NCBI GenBank assembly: GCA_964476185.1
Contig: CAYYZO010000004.1
Coordinates: forward strand, 17,025-81,024
Length of the DNA: 64,000 nucleotides
Origin: an uncultured Myxococcales bacterium
GTDB lineage: Bacteria; Desulfobacterota; Binatia; UBA1149; CAITLU01
Direction: 5' to 3'
Shown here: one piece after another, positions 19,338-28,793 of the stretch
Position numbering within the stretch: the stretch's first letter is position 1
Layout of the letters: every line of letters starts with the position of its first letter
Program-made: the position numbers and the translations under genes
Notes under the pieces: model-generated
Seen by the model: only the letters and a program-made list of their open reading frames with translations
Told to the model about the DNA's origin: nothing
Databases searched by the model: none

Positions 19338-19419
19338 CCGGGAACCCGGGCCGCCATACGGGCGGACCGGGGCGGGTGTCGGTGCGCCGGCGGTCCGGAC
19401 TTCGGCGGCTCGAGCCGCC

Positions 19420-20739
19420 TCAGACCGGCAGTTCCCCCGCCGGCGGCGGGGCCACGCGCGAGACGCAGGTCGCGATCACCAGGTCGCCGGTGACGTTCAG
19501 CGTCGTGCGGCACATGTCGAGGACGCGGTCGACGCCGAGGATGATGCCGATGCCTTCGGCCGGCACGCCGACGGTGGTCAGCAGCACGGCGATGAGCGGC
19601 AACGACCCGCCCGGCACGCCCGCGGTGCCGACGCCGGCGAGGACGGCCATCAGCACGACGGTGGCCTGCTGGCCGACCGAGAGGTCCACGCCGAAGACCT
19701 GCGCGAGGAACAGCACGGTGATGCCTTCGTAGAGCGCGGTGCCGTTCTGGTTCGCCGTCGCGCCGACGGTCAGCACGAAGCGGCTGACCTCGCGGTGCAG
19801 GCCCAGCTTCTCGTCGGCCACGCGCAGCGCGGTCGGCAGCGTCGCGTTCGACGACGAAGTGCCGAAGGCCGTCACGATCGCGTCGGAGACGGCCGAGGCC
19901 CAGGCGAGCGGGTTCACGCCGCCGACCAGGCGCAGGACCGGGGCGTAGACAAGGGCCGCGTGCAGGGCGAGCGCGAGCAGCACGGCCGTCACGTAACCCG
20001 CGAGCGTCGCGAGGATCTCGAGGCCGAGCGTTGCCGTCAGCGCGAACACGAGGCCGGCCACGCCGACGGGCGCCAGCTTCATCGCCCAGCCGATCACGAC
20101 CATCGACACGTCGAAGAGGCCCTCGAGGACCGCGACGAGCGCGGTCGTGCGCTCCGGCACCGCGGTGATCGCCGCGCCGAACACGAGCGCGAAGACCATC
20201 ACCGCGAGCATCCCGCCTCCCGGCGAACTCCCGTCGAGCGCACCGACCATCTCCTGGAAGGGGTTCTTCGGGATCAGGTCGATGAGGATCGTGCGGAAGG
20301 ATTTCGCGCGACGGCTCTGCTCGAGCGTCGCGGCCGCCTGGTCGTCGGACGCGAAGCGCTCGCGCAGCTCGACGCGGGTGGCCTCGCTCAGGCGATCGCC
20401 CGGCCGCATCGTGTTCGCGATGCCGATGCCGATCGCGACCGAAGCGCCGGACAGGAACAGCGTCAGGGCCAGGGTCACGATGCCCATGCGTCGTAGTCGC
20501 GTCAGGTCGCCGATCTCGACGACGCCGAGCACGAGCGCCGAGAACACGAGCGGAAGCACGACCATGAAGATCAGGCGCAGGAAAACCTGCCCGACCGGCT
20601 GCGCGACGTTGTCGACGACCCAGCGCAGGCCCTCGTGGTCGGCGCCGAGCGCGAGGTTGCCGGCGACGCCGAGCGCGCCGCCGATCGCGAGGCCGATCAG
20701 GATGCGCCAGTGCAGCGCGAGGCCACGCTCGTCGCTCAC
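19420..20739 (-). CDS. Dicarboxylate/amino acid:cation symporter (DAACS, GltP-like)
   Basis: FLRLIFMVVLPLVF, AFGTSSSNATLP, GATANQNGTALY, GVDRVLDMCRTTLNVTGD. Confidence 0.93.
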   Translation of the reverse strand: MSDERGLALHWRILIGLAIGGALGVAGNLALGADHEGLRWVVDNVAQPVGQVFLRLIFMVVLPLVFSALVLGVVEIGDLTRLRRMGIVTLALTLFLSGASVAIGIGIANTMRPGDRLSEATRVELRERFASDDQAAATLEQSRRAKSFRTILIDLIPKNPFQEMVGALDGSSPGGGMLAVMVFALVFGAAITAVPERTTALVAVLEGLFDVSMVVIGWAMKLAPVGVAGLVFALTATLGLEILATLAGYVTAVLLALALHAALVYAPVLRLVGGVNPLAWASAVSDAIVTAFGTSSSNATLPTALRVADEKLGLHREVSRFVLTVGATANQNGTALYEGITVLFLAQVFGVDLSVGQQATVVLMAVLAGVGTAGVPGGSLPLIAVLLTTVGVPAEGIGIILGVDRVLDMCRTTLNVTGDLVIATCVSRVAPPPAGELPV

Positions 20740-22064
20740 GGTGCGGCTCCCGGGGTTCCGCCTTCCGCCGCGCCGGCCGGTTCGGCGATGACGCCGGTCG
20801 AGCGATGTCCCGAGCCGCCGCTTCCCGCGGAATGGGCGGGCGCCGTGCCTGCCGGCGGCGCGGCGGGTGCAGCGAGTGCAGCGGCAGCGGGTGCGGCGGG
20901 TGCAGCGGGCGCGAGGCCGGCCATGCCGTCGTCGCCGAGCGCCGCCAGCGCGTCGGCCACGCGTTCGGCGCCGGCCGGGGACCAGTGCGCGTGGTCGACG
21001 TAGAGCGCGAGCGGGGCGAACTGCGTGCCGCCGCGCAGGCGTTCGGCGGCCGTCACGTCCACGAAGTCCACCGTGCCGAAGCCCTTGGCGCGCGCGAGGT
21101 CGACGACGCGCGTGCGCTCGTCGAGGAAGGTCGGCCAGTCGTAGTGCGAGTGTCCGCGCACGCGCATGACCTCGGGCACCGTGTTGTAGACGAGCGGCTG
21201 CACGACCAGCCGGACGCGCGCGACGTTCTCGCGGCGCCGGAACCCGTCGAGCCACGCGACGAGCTCGTCGGGGCTCGAGTATCGCCCGCCCTGCTCGAAG
21301 TCGTTCTCGCAGAGCACGTAGATCACCTCGTCGATGCGACCGCGGTAGCGACCCGCGGCGCGCTCGAGCGCGCAGGTGATGTCGGCGGCGGCCGCGCGCG
21401 CGATCCCGAGGTTCACGTAGCGCCGCGAGGCGTCGCGCCGCTGCAGCACGGACGAGAGCGTCTCGGAGTCGTCGATCGCGAGGCCGTTGGCGACGCTGTC
21501 GCCGGCCACGAGCACGATGCGCCCGGCGTCGACCTCGGGAAGCGTCACGCGCTCGCCGTTCGCGTTGGTCGTGTGCCGCACGATGCGGAACGCATAGCGG
21601 TCGAGGAACGCCTGCAGCTCGGGAGGAAGCGGGCGGTCCGCGTCCACGAAGAAACTCATCTGGTCGAACGGGTTGAACAGGTTCGTGCGCAGGTAGGTGA
21701 CCTTCTTGCGAAGGTTCGGCTTCTGCTCGAGGCACTCGCCCTGCTCGGTGTTGACGGAGGCCTCCTCGGTCTTGAGCTCGGAGAACGGCGAATTGCCGAG
21801 GCCGACGCCGTTCTCCTTCATGACGGGAAGCAGGCGCTCGATGTCGGCGACGCGCACGATCATCTGCGAGGCCGGGTCGCGGGGGTCGGCGGCCTCGGGC
21901 GGCGCCGGCCTCGCGAGGTTCGCGAGGAACGACCGGGCCAGGCTGGTCTCGGCCTGGGAACCCTTGGCGACGATGCGAATGCCTTCGGCGAGGAGCCACG
22001 GGACGAGCGTGGCGAAAGCGACGGCGACGACGGGAAACCAGGCCCGGAAGCGGGGTGCGGCCAT
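20736..22064 (-). CDS. Membrane-anchored SGNH/GDSL hydrolase-like protein
   Basis: N-terminal TM helix; LVAGDSVANG (block I Ser), YVNLG, DHAHWS (DxxH); Ala/Pro-rich tail. Confidence 0.65.
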   Translation of the reverse strand: MAAPRFRAWFPVVAVAFATLVPWLLAEGIRIVAKGSQAETSLARSFLANLARPAPPEAADPRDPASQMIVRVADIERLLPVMKENGVGLGNSPFSELKTEEASVNTEQGECLEQKPNLRKKVTYLRTNLFNPFDQMSFFVDADRPLPPELQAFLDRYAFRIVRHTTNANGERVTLPEVDAGRIVLVAGDSVANGLAIDDSETLSSVLQRRDASRRYVNLGIARAAAADITCALERAAGRYRGRIDEVIYVLCENDFEQGGRYSSPDELVAWLDGFRRRENVARVRLVVQPLVYNTVPEVMRVRGHSHYDWPTFLDERTRVVDLARAKGFGTVDFVDVTAAERLRGGTQFAPLALYVDHAHWSPAGAERVADALAALGDDGMAGLAPAAPAAPAAAALAAPAAPPAGTAPAHSAGSGGSGHRSTGVIAEPAGAAEGGTPGAAP

Positions 22065-22154
22065 CCGCGGAGTGTACGGGCGCGAGGCTCGCGAGACGAG
22101 CGCCGGCCGTGCGTGGACGCGCCGGCGGACGGCCGGCGCCGGTCGCCGCGGAAG

Positions 22155-23765
22155 CTAGCGTCCCGCGCCGCCGCGTCGTTCGCGCGACTCGCGGCGCTGC
22201 TGCCGCCTCTCGGCGACCTCCGAGTCGCGGTGCAGCCGTGCGAGCGAGGAACGGGCGCGCCACGGCGCGGCCTGGCGATGGAGGAACAGCCGCGAGTTGT
22301 CGGGCGTCAGGTTCTCGCCGCGGAGTTGCGCCCTGCGGCTCAGGACGAGCCAGGCCGCGCCTTCGACGAGCACGTCCTGCTCCGGAAGATAGAAGCCGAG
22401 CGCGAAAGGCGCTCCCGGGAACGGCTGGTGGTCGGTCGCGACGGCGTCGCCGGGCGCGAGCACGCGCGCGATGCGATCCATGTCGCGCGTGTCGAGCTGC
22501 GCCGCGCGCGTGTCGCGTTCGAGCAGCCGGTCGCGCGCGCCGTTGGAAACGACGACGAGGAGGCAGGCCGCGACCGCGACGGCGGCGCCGAGGCGGGTCG
22601 GCACGAACCGCACCAGCGACGCGAAGAACAGCAGCACGAGCGGGAAGTAGTACACGGCCGTGTAGGGGTGGAACGCCGACAGGTTGCGCATCGCGACGAG
22701 CCACGCCGGCCCGCAGGCCGCGGCGGCGAGCGCGACGACGCGAAGCCCGGGGTCGCGCGTGAGGGCGAACCCGAGCGCCCCGGCGGCGACGGCGGCGGCG
22801 GCGAGCGCTCGCGCGGCACGCGGGCGGCGAAGCGGGTCCTCGGGCGACCAGGGCAGCACGCTGCGGGCCAGCCGCGCCTGCTCGTTCGCGAGGAAGCGGC
22901 CCCACGTCAGTCGTCGTGCGCCGCGTTCGTTGAAGCCGGCGTCGAGGGCCAGGCGCTGCCGGGCGCTTCGGACGATGCTGACCTCGGCGAGCCCGACGTC
23001 GCGCAACCGGGCCTCCTGCACGACGTTCCAGCCGAGGCAGGCCGCCGCCAGCCCGACGGCGAGCGCGAACGCGCGCGCCGGTGTGCCGGTCGCGACGCGT
23101 CGCCAGGTCGCGCCGTCGCGCGCCGGCAGGAGCGCGTGCGACGATTCCAGGAACCACCAGCAGCCGAGCACGGCGAGGCTCGCGTAGCCGCGTCCGGCGA
23201 GGACCGCTGCGGCCGCCGCCGCGAGCACGGCGCGCGAGGACGTCGTGCCGGCCGAATGGGCGGCGATCGCGGCAAGCAGCACGACGATCCCGGCGAGGGC
23301 CGGCTGGTCGAAGTGCACCATGTCGCGCCATTCCGTCATCGTGTAGCCGGCGCCGGCCAGCGCCGCCGCCGCGACGGCCTGTTCGACCGGCAGCCCGAGC
23401 CGCACCAGCAGCAGGGCGCCGGCCGCGAGCGTCGCCGCGTAGAGCAGGTTCATGACCTGCCGCGCGACGCGGATCTCGCCCGCGCGATCGTCGGCGAAGA
23501 GTTCCTGCGTGGCGTGCAGGCCGGCGGAGAAGAAGACCGGGTAGCGGTCGAAGTAGTAGAGGTCGCGTCGTTCCGGCGTCGCGAGCGAGATCGCGTAGCC
23601 GACGAACCCGTTCGCGGCCGTCGCCTTTTTCGCGACGGCGAGGGTGTGGGAAGTGACCCAGCCGCGGTGCCCGGGGCGGAAGCCGTCGTCGCGGGGCTGG
23701 TGCGCGATCACCCACGCCAGCGCAGCCACCAACGAGAGGACGGCGATGGGGCCGGCGCGCTTCAT
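22155..23765 (-). CDS. Polytopic membrane protein, possible GT-C (ArnT/PMT-like) glycosyltransferase
   Basis: Many hydrophobic helices with a periplasmic loop (YFDRYPVFF; MVHFDQPAL) and a soluble C-terminal domain; fold inferred only. Confidence 0.5.
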   Translation of the reverse strand: MKRAGPIAVLSLVAALAWVIAHQPRDDGFRPGHRGWVTSHTLAVAKKATAANGFVGYAISLATPERRDLYYFDRYPVFFSAGLHATQELFADDRAGEIRVARQVMNLLYAATLAAGALLLVRLGLPVEQAVAAAALAGAGYTMTEWRDMVHFDQPALAGIVVLLAAIAAHSAGTTSSRAVLAAAAAAVLAGRGYASLAVLGCWWFLESSHALLPARDGATWRRVATGTPARAFALAVGLAAACLGWNVVQEARLRDVGLAEVSIVRSARQRLALDAGFNERGARRLTWGRFLANEQARLARSVLPWSPEDPLRRPRAARALAAAAVAAGALGFALTRDPGLRVVALAAAACGPAWLVAMRNLSAFHPYTAVYYFPLVLLFFASLVRFVPTRLGAAVAVAACLLVVVSNGARDRLLERDTRAAQLDTRDMDRIARVLAPGDAVATDHQPFPGAPFALGFYLPEQDVLVEGAAWLVLSRRAQLRGENLTPDNSRLFLHRQAAPWRARSSLARLHRDSEVAERRQQRRESRERRGGAGR

Positions 23766-23890
23766 GCCGGTCCCGGTCGCGTTCCGGCGAACCACGCTCC
23801 GTCCGCCGGCCCGGGGAGCGCGCGGCGCTTCCGCCGCATCTTCCCGCGCGCCCGCCGCGCCGCTGCGCCATCCATCGCGACCGGCCCGCG

Positions 23891-24793
23891 TCAGCCGACG
23901 GCCTTGGCGGCCGGGTAGGGGATCGGCGTTCCCGTCGAGCGCGCGAACTCGAAGAACGCGTCGGTCAGCCGCTTCGTGACGGGCCCGGGCGTCGATGCCC
24001 CGGTGCGGCCGATCGCCTGGCCGTCGAGCGAGCGCACCGGGACGACGCGCGCGCCGGAGCCGCTCAGGAACGCCTCGTCGGCGGCGAAGAAGTCGATGCG
24101 CGTGAGCGTGCGCTCGCGCGCCTCGATGCCGAGCTTCGCGCAGAGCTCGAGGATCGTGCGCCGCGTGATGCCGTCGAGCGCCCCGTCGGTCGTCGGGGGA
24201 GTCGAGACGGCGCCGTCCAGCACCGCGAACACGTTCGCGCCGGTGCACTCGGCGACCACGCCCTGTTGGTTCAGCAGCAGCGCGTCGTCGGCGCCGCGCC
24301 GCTTCGCCTCGCCCTTGCAGAGCACGTTGTTCAGGTAGTTCAGGCTCTTCACGCGCGGGTCGAGCACGTCGGAGCTCGGGCGGCGCAGCGTCGCCGTCAC
24401 CACGTCCACGCCGCGGGCCGCGCGCTCGGGCGGGAACAGGTCCACCGTGTCCACGATGCAGATCAGCTTCGGCTCCGCGCAACTCGTCGGGTCGACGCCG
24501 AGCGGGCCCTCGCCGCGCGTGACGAGCAGGCGGATGTAGGCGTCCTGGCAACCCGTCGCCGCCACCGTCTTCAGCACGACGTCGCGCACGTGGTCCGTGC
24601 CGCCGGGGATCTCGAGCGCGATCGCCCGCGCGGAGACCTCGAGGCGGCGCAGGTGGTCCTCGAGGCGGAACAGGCGCCCGCTGTACGCGCGCATGCCCTC
24701 GAACACGCCGTCGCCGTAGAGGAAGCCGTGGTCCACCACCGAGAGCTTCGCGTCCTTGCCTTCCACGATGTTGCCGTCGATCCACACTTTCAT
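23891..24793 (-). CDS. ilvE: Branched-chain amino acid aminotransferase (class IV)
   Basis: DHGFLYGDGVFEGMRAY, RLLVTRG, KSLNYLNN, ECTGANVF, LDGITR. Confidence 0.9.
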   Translation of the reverse strand: MKVWIDGNIVEGKDAKLSVVDHGFLYGDGVFEGMRAYSGRLFRLEDHLRRLEVSARAIALEIPGGTDHVRDVVLKTVAATGCQDAYIRLLVTRGEGPLGVDPTSCAEPKLICIVDTVDLFPPERAARGVDVVTATLRRPSSDVLDPRVKSLNYLNNVLCKGEAKRRGADDALLLNQQGVVAECTGANVFAVLDGAVSTPPTTDGALDGITRRTILELCAKLGIEARERTLTRIDFFAADEAFLSGSGARVVPVRSLDGQAIGRTGASTPGPVTKRLTDAFFEFARSTGTPIPYPAAKAVG

Positions 24794-25716
24794 GATTGCT
24801 GCTTCCTGCGGGCAGGGCGGGCCGCGCCGCGGCCCGCGCCGGTTTCGTTGCTGCGGGAGCCGCCACGGTTCGTGCGCGCGGCGGAGGGGGAATCCTCGCC
24901 GGGAGCGGAGACGCCCCGCGGCGACGCGTTCTCGGGCTCGAGTCGCTCGGCGATGTCAGTCGCCGCGCGCACGACGCGGGTCGCGAGCGCGGCGAGGTCG
25001 GCGCCGGTCACGCGCGAACTCGGCGCGGCGATCACCATGCATCCGAGCAGACGGCCGCGCAGCAACACCGGCGCCGCCACGACCGTCATGCCCGGGATCC
25101 ACTCGTCGCGGTTGGTGGCCCAGCCGCGCTTCTTCACGCGGGCGACCTCGCGCTCCAGTTCGGCGCGGGCGCCCGGCGTCTGGCCGGTGAAGGCGGGCCA
25201 CGGCTCGCGCGGAAGCTCGACGCTGTCCGGCGCGAACGCGAGGTGGAGCTTGCCGACCGCGGTCGCGTGCACGGGGACCTCGGAGCCGATGGTCGGGGCG
25301 ACGCGCAGGAACGCGGCGCCCTCGCGCTTGTCGAGCACGACGATGCGGCCGCGACGCGCGACGGTCAGGAACGCGGTCTCGCCCGTGGCTTCGGACTCGC
25401 GCTCGAGCACCGGATGCGCGGCCGCGGCCAGCGGCTCGCGCTCGAGGGCGCCGAGGCCGAGCGCGAGCAGCGCGATTCCCGGCCGGTAGCGGCCGTTCGC
25501 GTCCTGCTCGACGAGGCCGCGCCGGCCGAGCGCGGCGAGCAGGCGGTGCGCGCTGGATTTCGGCAACCCGAGCGCGCGGCCGATCTCGCTGACGCCGCGC
25601 GCGCTGCCGCTGGCGTGCAGGAAGAACAGCAGGTCGATGGCCTTTTCGACGGTGCCGCCGGCCTCCGCCGCGGCCGGGCTGCGGCGTGTTCCAGATAGCG
25701 GAACGGTGTTCGCCAT
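24790..25716 (-). CDS. IclR-family transcriptional regulator
   Basis: TVEKAIDLL...GVSEIGRALGLPKSSAHRLL; HATAVGK; GWATNRDEWIPG; stop overlaps the ilvE ATG. Confidence 0.92.
   Translation of the reverse strand: MANTVPLSGTRRSPAAAEAGGTVEKAIDLLFFLHASGSARGVSEIGRALGLPKSSAHRLLAALGRRGLVEQDANGRYRPGIALLALGLGALEREPLAAAAHPVLERESEATGETAFLTVARRGRIVVLDKREGAAFLRVAPTIGSEVPVHATAVGKLHLAFAPDSVELPREPWPAFTGQTPGARAELEREVARVKKRGWATNRDEWIPGMTVVAAPVLLRGRLLGCMVIAAPSSRVTGADLAALATRVVRAATDIAERLEPENASPRGVSAPGEDSPSAARTNRGGSRSNETGAGRGAARPARRKQQS
25688..25704. promoter_or_regulatory. Candidate IclR operator palindrome
   Basis: GTTCC-AGATAGC-GGAAC inverted repeat within the first codons of iclR. Confidence 0.4.
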
Positions 25717-25821
25717 GACTGAACGGCTTGTAGCGCGCCGGCCGCGGGCGGGCAAGGCGCGCGGACGGCGGCGGGGGCGGACGGTCCTCTTCCGCGGCTG
25801 CTCCGTGTAGGACCCGTCCCG

Positions 25822-27306
25822 ATGGCCGACGCGAACCTCTACGCGCTGCTGCGCAGCCGCTTCTCCGCTCGGGCGTCGCGCCCCGCGCTGGTCGGGCCGG
25901 ACGGCGCGGTGACGACGTGGACCGGACTCGACGAGCTCTCGGCCCGCTTCGCGGCGGTGCTGCGTGCACGCGGTGTCCGCCCGGGGGACCGCGTCGTCGC
26001 GCAGGTCGAGAAGTCGGTCGGCGCGGTCGCGCTGTACCTCGGATGCCTGCGCGCCGGCGCGGCGTTCGTGCCGCTCAACCCCGCCTACACGCAGCCCGAG
26101 GTCGAGCGCTTCGTCGCCGACGCGGAGCCGCGCGTGTTCGTCGGCTCGCTGCCGCGCTCGTTCGCGGCGCGCGAACCGCAGGTCGAAGTGCTCGGGACGA
26201 CGCCGGACAGCCCGCTCTGGGCCGAGGCGCTCGCGACGGCGCCGGATCCCGCGGTGGAGCCGCGCGAAGCCCGGGACCTGGCCGCGATCGTCTACACGTC
26301 GGGCACGACCGGAGCGTCCAAGGGCGCGATGCTGAGCCACGCGAACCTCGCTTCGAACGCGCTCACGCTGAACCGCCTCTGGGGATTCCGCGACGACGAC
26401 GTGCTGCTGCACGCGCTTCCGATCTACCACGTCCACGGCCTGTTCATCGCCCTGCATACGGCGATGCTGGGCGCGGCGACGATCCTGTTCCTGCCGAAGT
26501 TCGACGCCGTCGAGGTGCGGCGTCTCCTGCCGCGCGCGACGGTGATGATGGGCGTGCCGACGTTCTACACGCGACTGCTCGCGCTCGATGGGTTCGGGAG
26601 CGAGGATTGCCGGACGATGCGGCTGTTCGTGTCGGGCTCGGCGCCGTTGCTCGCCGAGACCTGGCGCGAGTTCGAGGCTCGCACCGGGCACCGCATCCTC
26701 GAACGCTACGGCATGACCGAGACCGGCATGATCACGTCGAACCCGCTCGACGGGGAGCGCGTCGCCGGCACCGTCGGCTTCGCGCTGCCGGACGTCGAGG
26801 TCCGCGTCGTGCGCGACGACGGGTCCCCCGCCGCGCCCGGGGAGGCGGGCGTGCTCCATGTGCGCGGCCCGAACGTGTTCGACGGCTACTGGCGGCTTCC
26901 CGACAGGACCGCCGCGGAGTTCCGCGACGGCGGCTGGTTCGTGACCGGCGACCTCGCGACGGCGGCCGAGGACGGTCGCGTCACGCTGGTCGGCCGGGCG
27001 AAGGACCTGATCATCTCCGGGGGTCTGAACATCTACCCGAAGGAGATCGAGCAGGTGCTCGACGCCGCCGACGGCGTCGCCGAATCGGCGGTCGTCGGCG
27101 TGCCGGATGAGGATTTCGGCGAGGCCGTCGTCGCCGTCGTGGTCCCGAAGCCGGGCGCCGCGCCGACCGTCGACGCGTTGATGGAAGTCGTCCGGGCCCG
27201 GCTGGCGCGATTCAAGCACCCGCGCCGGATCGAGATCGCCTCCGGGCTGCCGCGCAACGCGATGGGCAAGGTGCTGAAGAACGTGCTGCGGGAGCAGTAC
27301 CGTTGA
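25822..27306 (+). CDS. matB: Malonyl-CoA synthetase (MatB-like AMP-binding enzyme)
   Basis: YTSGTTGASKGAMLSH, HALPIYHVHGLF, ILERYGMTETGM, GRAKDLIISGG, PRNAMGKV. Confidence 0.8.
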   Translation: MADANLYALLRSRFSARASRPALVGPDGAVTTWTGLDELSARFAAVLRARGVRPGDRVVAQVEKSVGAVALYLGCLRAGAAFVPLNPAYTQPEVERFVADAEPRVFVGSLPRSFAAREPQVEVLGTTPDSPLWAEALATAPDPAVEPREARDLAAIVYTSGTTGASKGAMLSHANLASNALTLNRLWGFRDDDVLLHALPIYHVHGLFIALHTAMLGAATILFLPKFDAVEVRRLLPRATVMMGVPTFYTRLLALDGFGSEDCRTMRLFVSGSAPLLAETWREFEARTGHRILERYGMTETGMITSNPLDGERVAGTVGFALPDVEVRVVRDDGSPAAPGEAGVLHVRGPNVFDGYWRLPDRTAAEFRDGGWFVTGDLATAAEDGRVTLVGRAKDLIISGGLNIYPKEIEQVLDAADGVAESAVVGVPDEDFGEAVVAVVVPKPGAAPTVDALMEVVRARLARFKHPRRIEIASGLPRNAMGKVLKNVLREQYR

Positions 27307-27322
27307 GCCTCCGGACGACAGG

Positions 27323-28594
27323 ATGACCCGAAGCGTGCTCGAACTCCTCGGATCGAGGGTCTCGCGGGAGACCTGCGTCTTCGTCTCCGCGTGGTCGCTC
27401 GTGCTCGGGGTATTGCTGGTCGCGTTCTCGTTCGCGACGGTCGACGAGCGCGTGACGAAGTTCGGCACGGCGCTGATGCCGGACTTCGCGGACAAGTACG
27501 TCGCCGGCGTCCTGCTGAACGAGTACGGGCCCGACCGGCTCTACGACTTCGAACTGCAGGAGAAGCTGCGGCGGGCCGAGTTCCCCCGTTCGCCGGCCGG
27601 CGAGAGGCTGCCCTACGTGTACGCCCCGTGGTTCGCGTACCTGTGGCGGCCGTTCGCGATGCTGTCCTACGAGCAGGCGGGGCTCGTGTGGCTCGCGACC
27701 AGCGCCGCCCTCGCCCTGGCCGGCCTCGCGTGCCTCTGGCGCGCGTTCCCCGAGATCCTGCCGTCGGAACGCTGGCCGCTCGCCCTGCTCGTCCTGTCGT
27801 TCGAGCCGTTCCTGTTCGAGTGCTGGGCGAACGGCCAGTTCTCGTCGCTTCCGTTCCTGTGGCTGAGCGTGGCGTTGCTGCTGGAGCGCCGCGGGCGACC
27901 CGTGGCGGCCGGCGCGTTGCTCGCGCTGCTCACGTACAAACCGACGCAGCCGCCGCTGTTGTTCGCGCTCCTGCTCCTCGGTGCGCGATGGCGCACCCTG
28001 GCCGGCGTCGCGCTCGGCGGCGCCGGGCTGTTCGCCGTGAGCGCCGCGCTGTTCGGGCCTTCGATCGTCGTCGAGTACCCCGAGCGGCTGCTCGAGTTCC
28101 GCCGGATGATCTCGGGCACGGCGCAGCTTCGCTTCTGGAAGTACACGGATCTGCAGACGGCGGCTCAGCTGCTCGGGCCGCCGTACTCGACGTTCGCGCT
28201 CGTCGCGGCCGCCCCCGTCGCGGGCTGGATGCTGGTTTCGCTGGTCCGCCTGTGGCGGCGCAGCACGGACGACTGGAGTCCGGCGACGCAGCATGCGTGG
28301 GCGGCGACCCTCGTGCTGCTGCCGGTGCTGAACCTCTACTTCGCGATCTACGACATGCTGCTCGCGATCCCGGGCGCGGTGCTCGCCGTGGCGATGCTTC
28401 GCCGCGCGCCCTTCGCGACCGTTGCAGCGCCGGCGCTGCCGCCGTCGTTCACCGGAGCGCTCGCGCTGGTCTGGCTCGCGGGGCTGTTCACGCCGGCGTT
28501 CGAGACGATCCGGGTGAACCTGATGACGCTGTCGCTGCTCGTGCTCGGCTGGAAGGTCGTGCGGCTTCGGCCGGCCCCTCCCGCTCCCCGGTGA
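27323..28594 (+). CDS. Glycosyltransferase family 87 (DUF2029) membrane protein
   Basis: PDF..KYVAG, LYDFELQ, PYVYAPWFAYLWRP, NGQFS, YKPTQ; polytopic. Confidence 0.75.
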   Translation: MTRSVLELLGSRVSRETCVFVSAWSLVLGVLLVAFSFATVDERVTKFGTALMPDFADKYVAGVLLNEYGPDRLYDFELQEKLRRAEFPRSPAGERLPYVYAPWFAYLWRPFAMLSYEQAGLVWLATSAALALAGLACLWRAFPEILPSERWPLALLVLSFEPFLFECWANGQFSSLPFLWLSVALLLERRGRPVAAGALLALLTYKPTQPPLLFALLLLGARWRTLAGVALGGAGLFAVSAALFGPSIVVEYPERLLEFRRMISGTAQLRFWKYTDLQTAAQLLGPPYSTFALVAAAPVAGWMLVSLVRLWRRSTDDWSPATQHAWAATLVLLPVLNLYFAIYDMLLAIPGAVLAVAMLRRAPFATVAAPALPPSFTGALALVWLAGLFTPAFETIRVNLMTLSLLVLGWKVVRLRPAPPAPR

Positions 28595-28709
28595 GACGTC
28601 GACGACCCTCGACGAGGACGAAGACGAGGGGAACAGCTCGACGAGCACGACGCTCGACGACGCGAACGACGACGACCAGGGCGAAGACGGCGACTCGAAC
28701 TCCGACTGA
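28590..28709 (+). pseudogene. Orphan start-less coding remnant encoding an acidic Thr/Asp-rich C-terminus
   Basis: Reads GETSTTLDEDEDEGNSSTSTTLDDANDDDQGEDGDSNSD*; no start codon between the in-frame stop at 28524 and this stretch. Confidence 0.4.
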
Positions 28710-28793
28710 AGGTGTCCGTGCGCAGCGTCGAACCGGGATCGGTCCGACGCTGCGGCGCCCGGCGCGCTCGCGCACCGGGCGCACCGCGCACCG

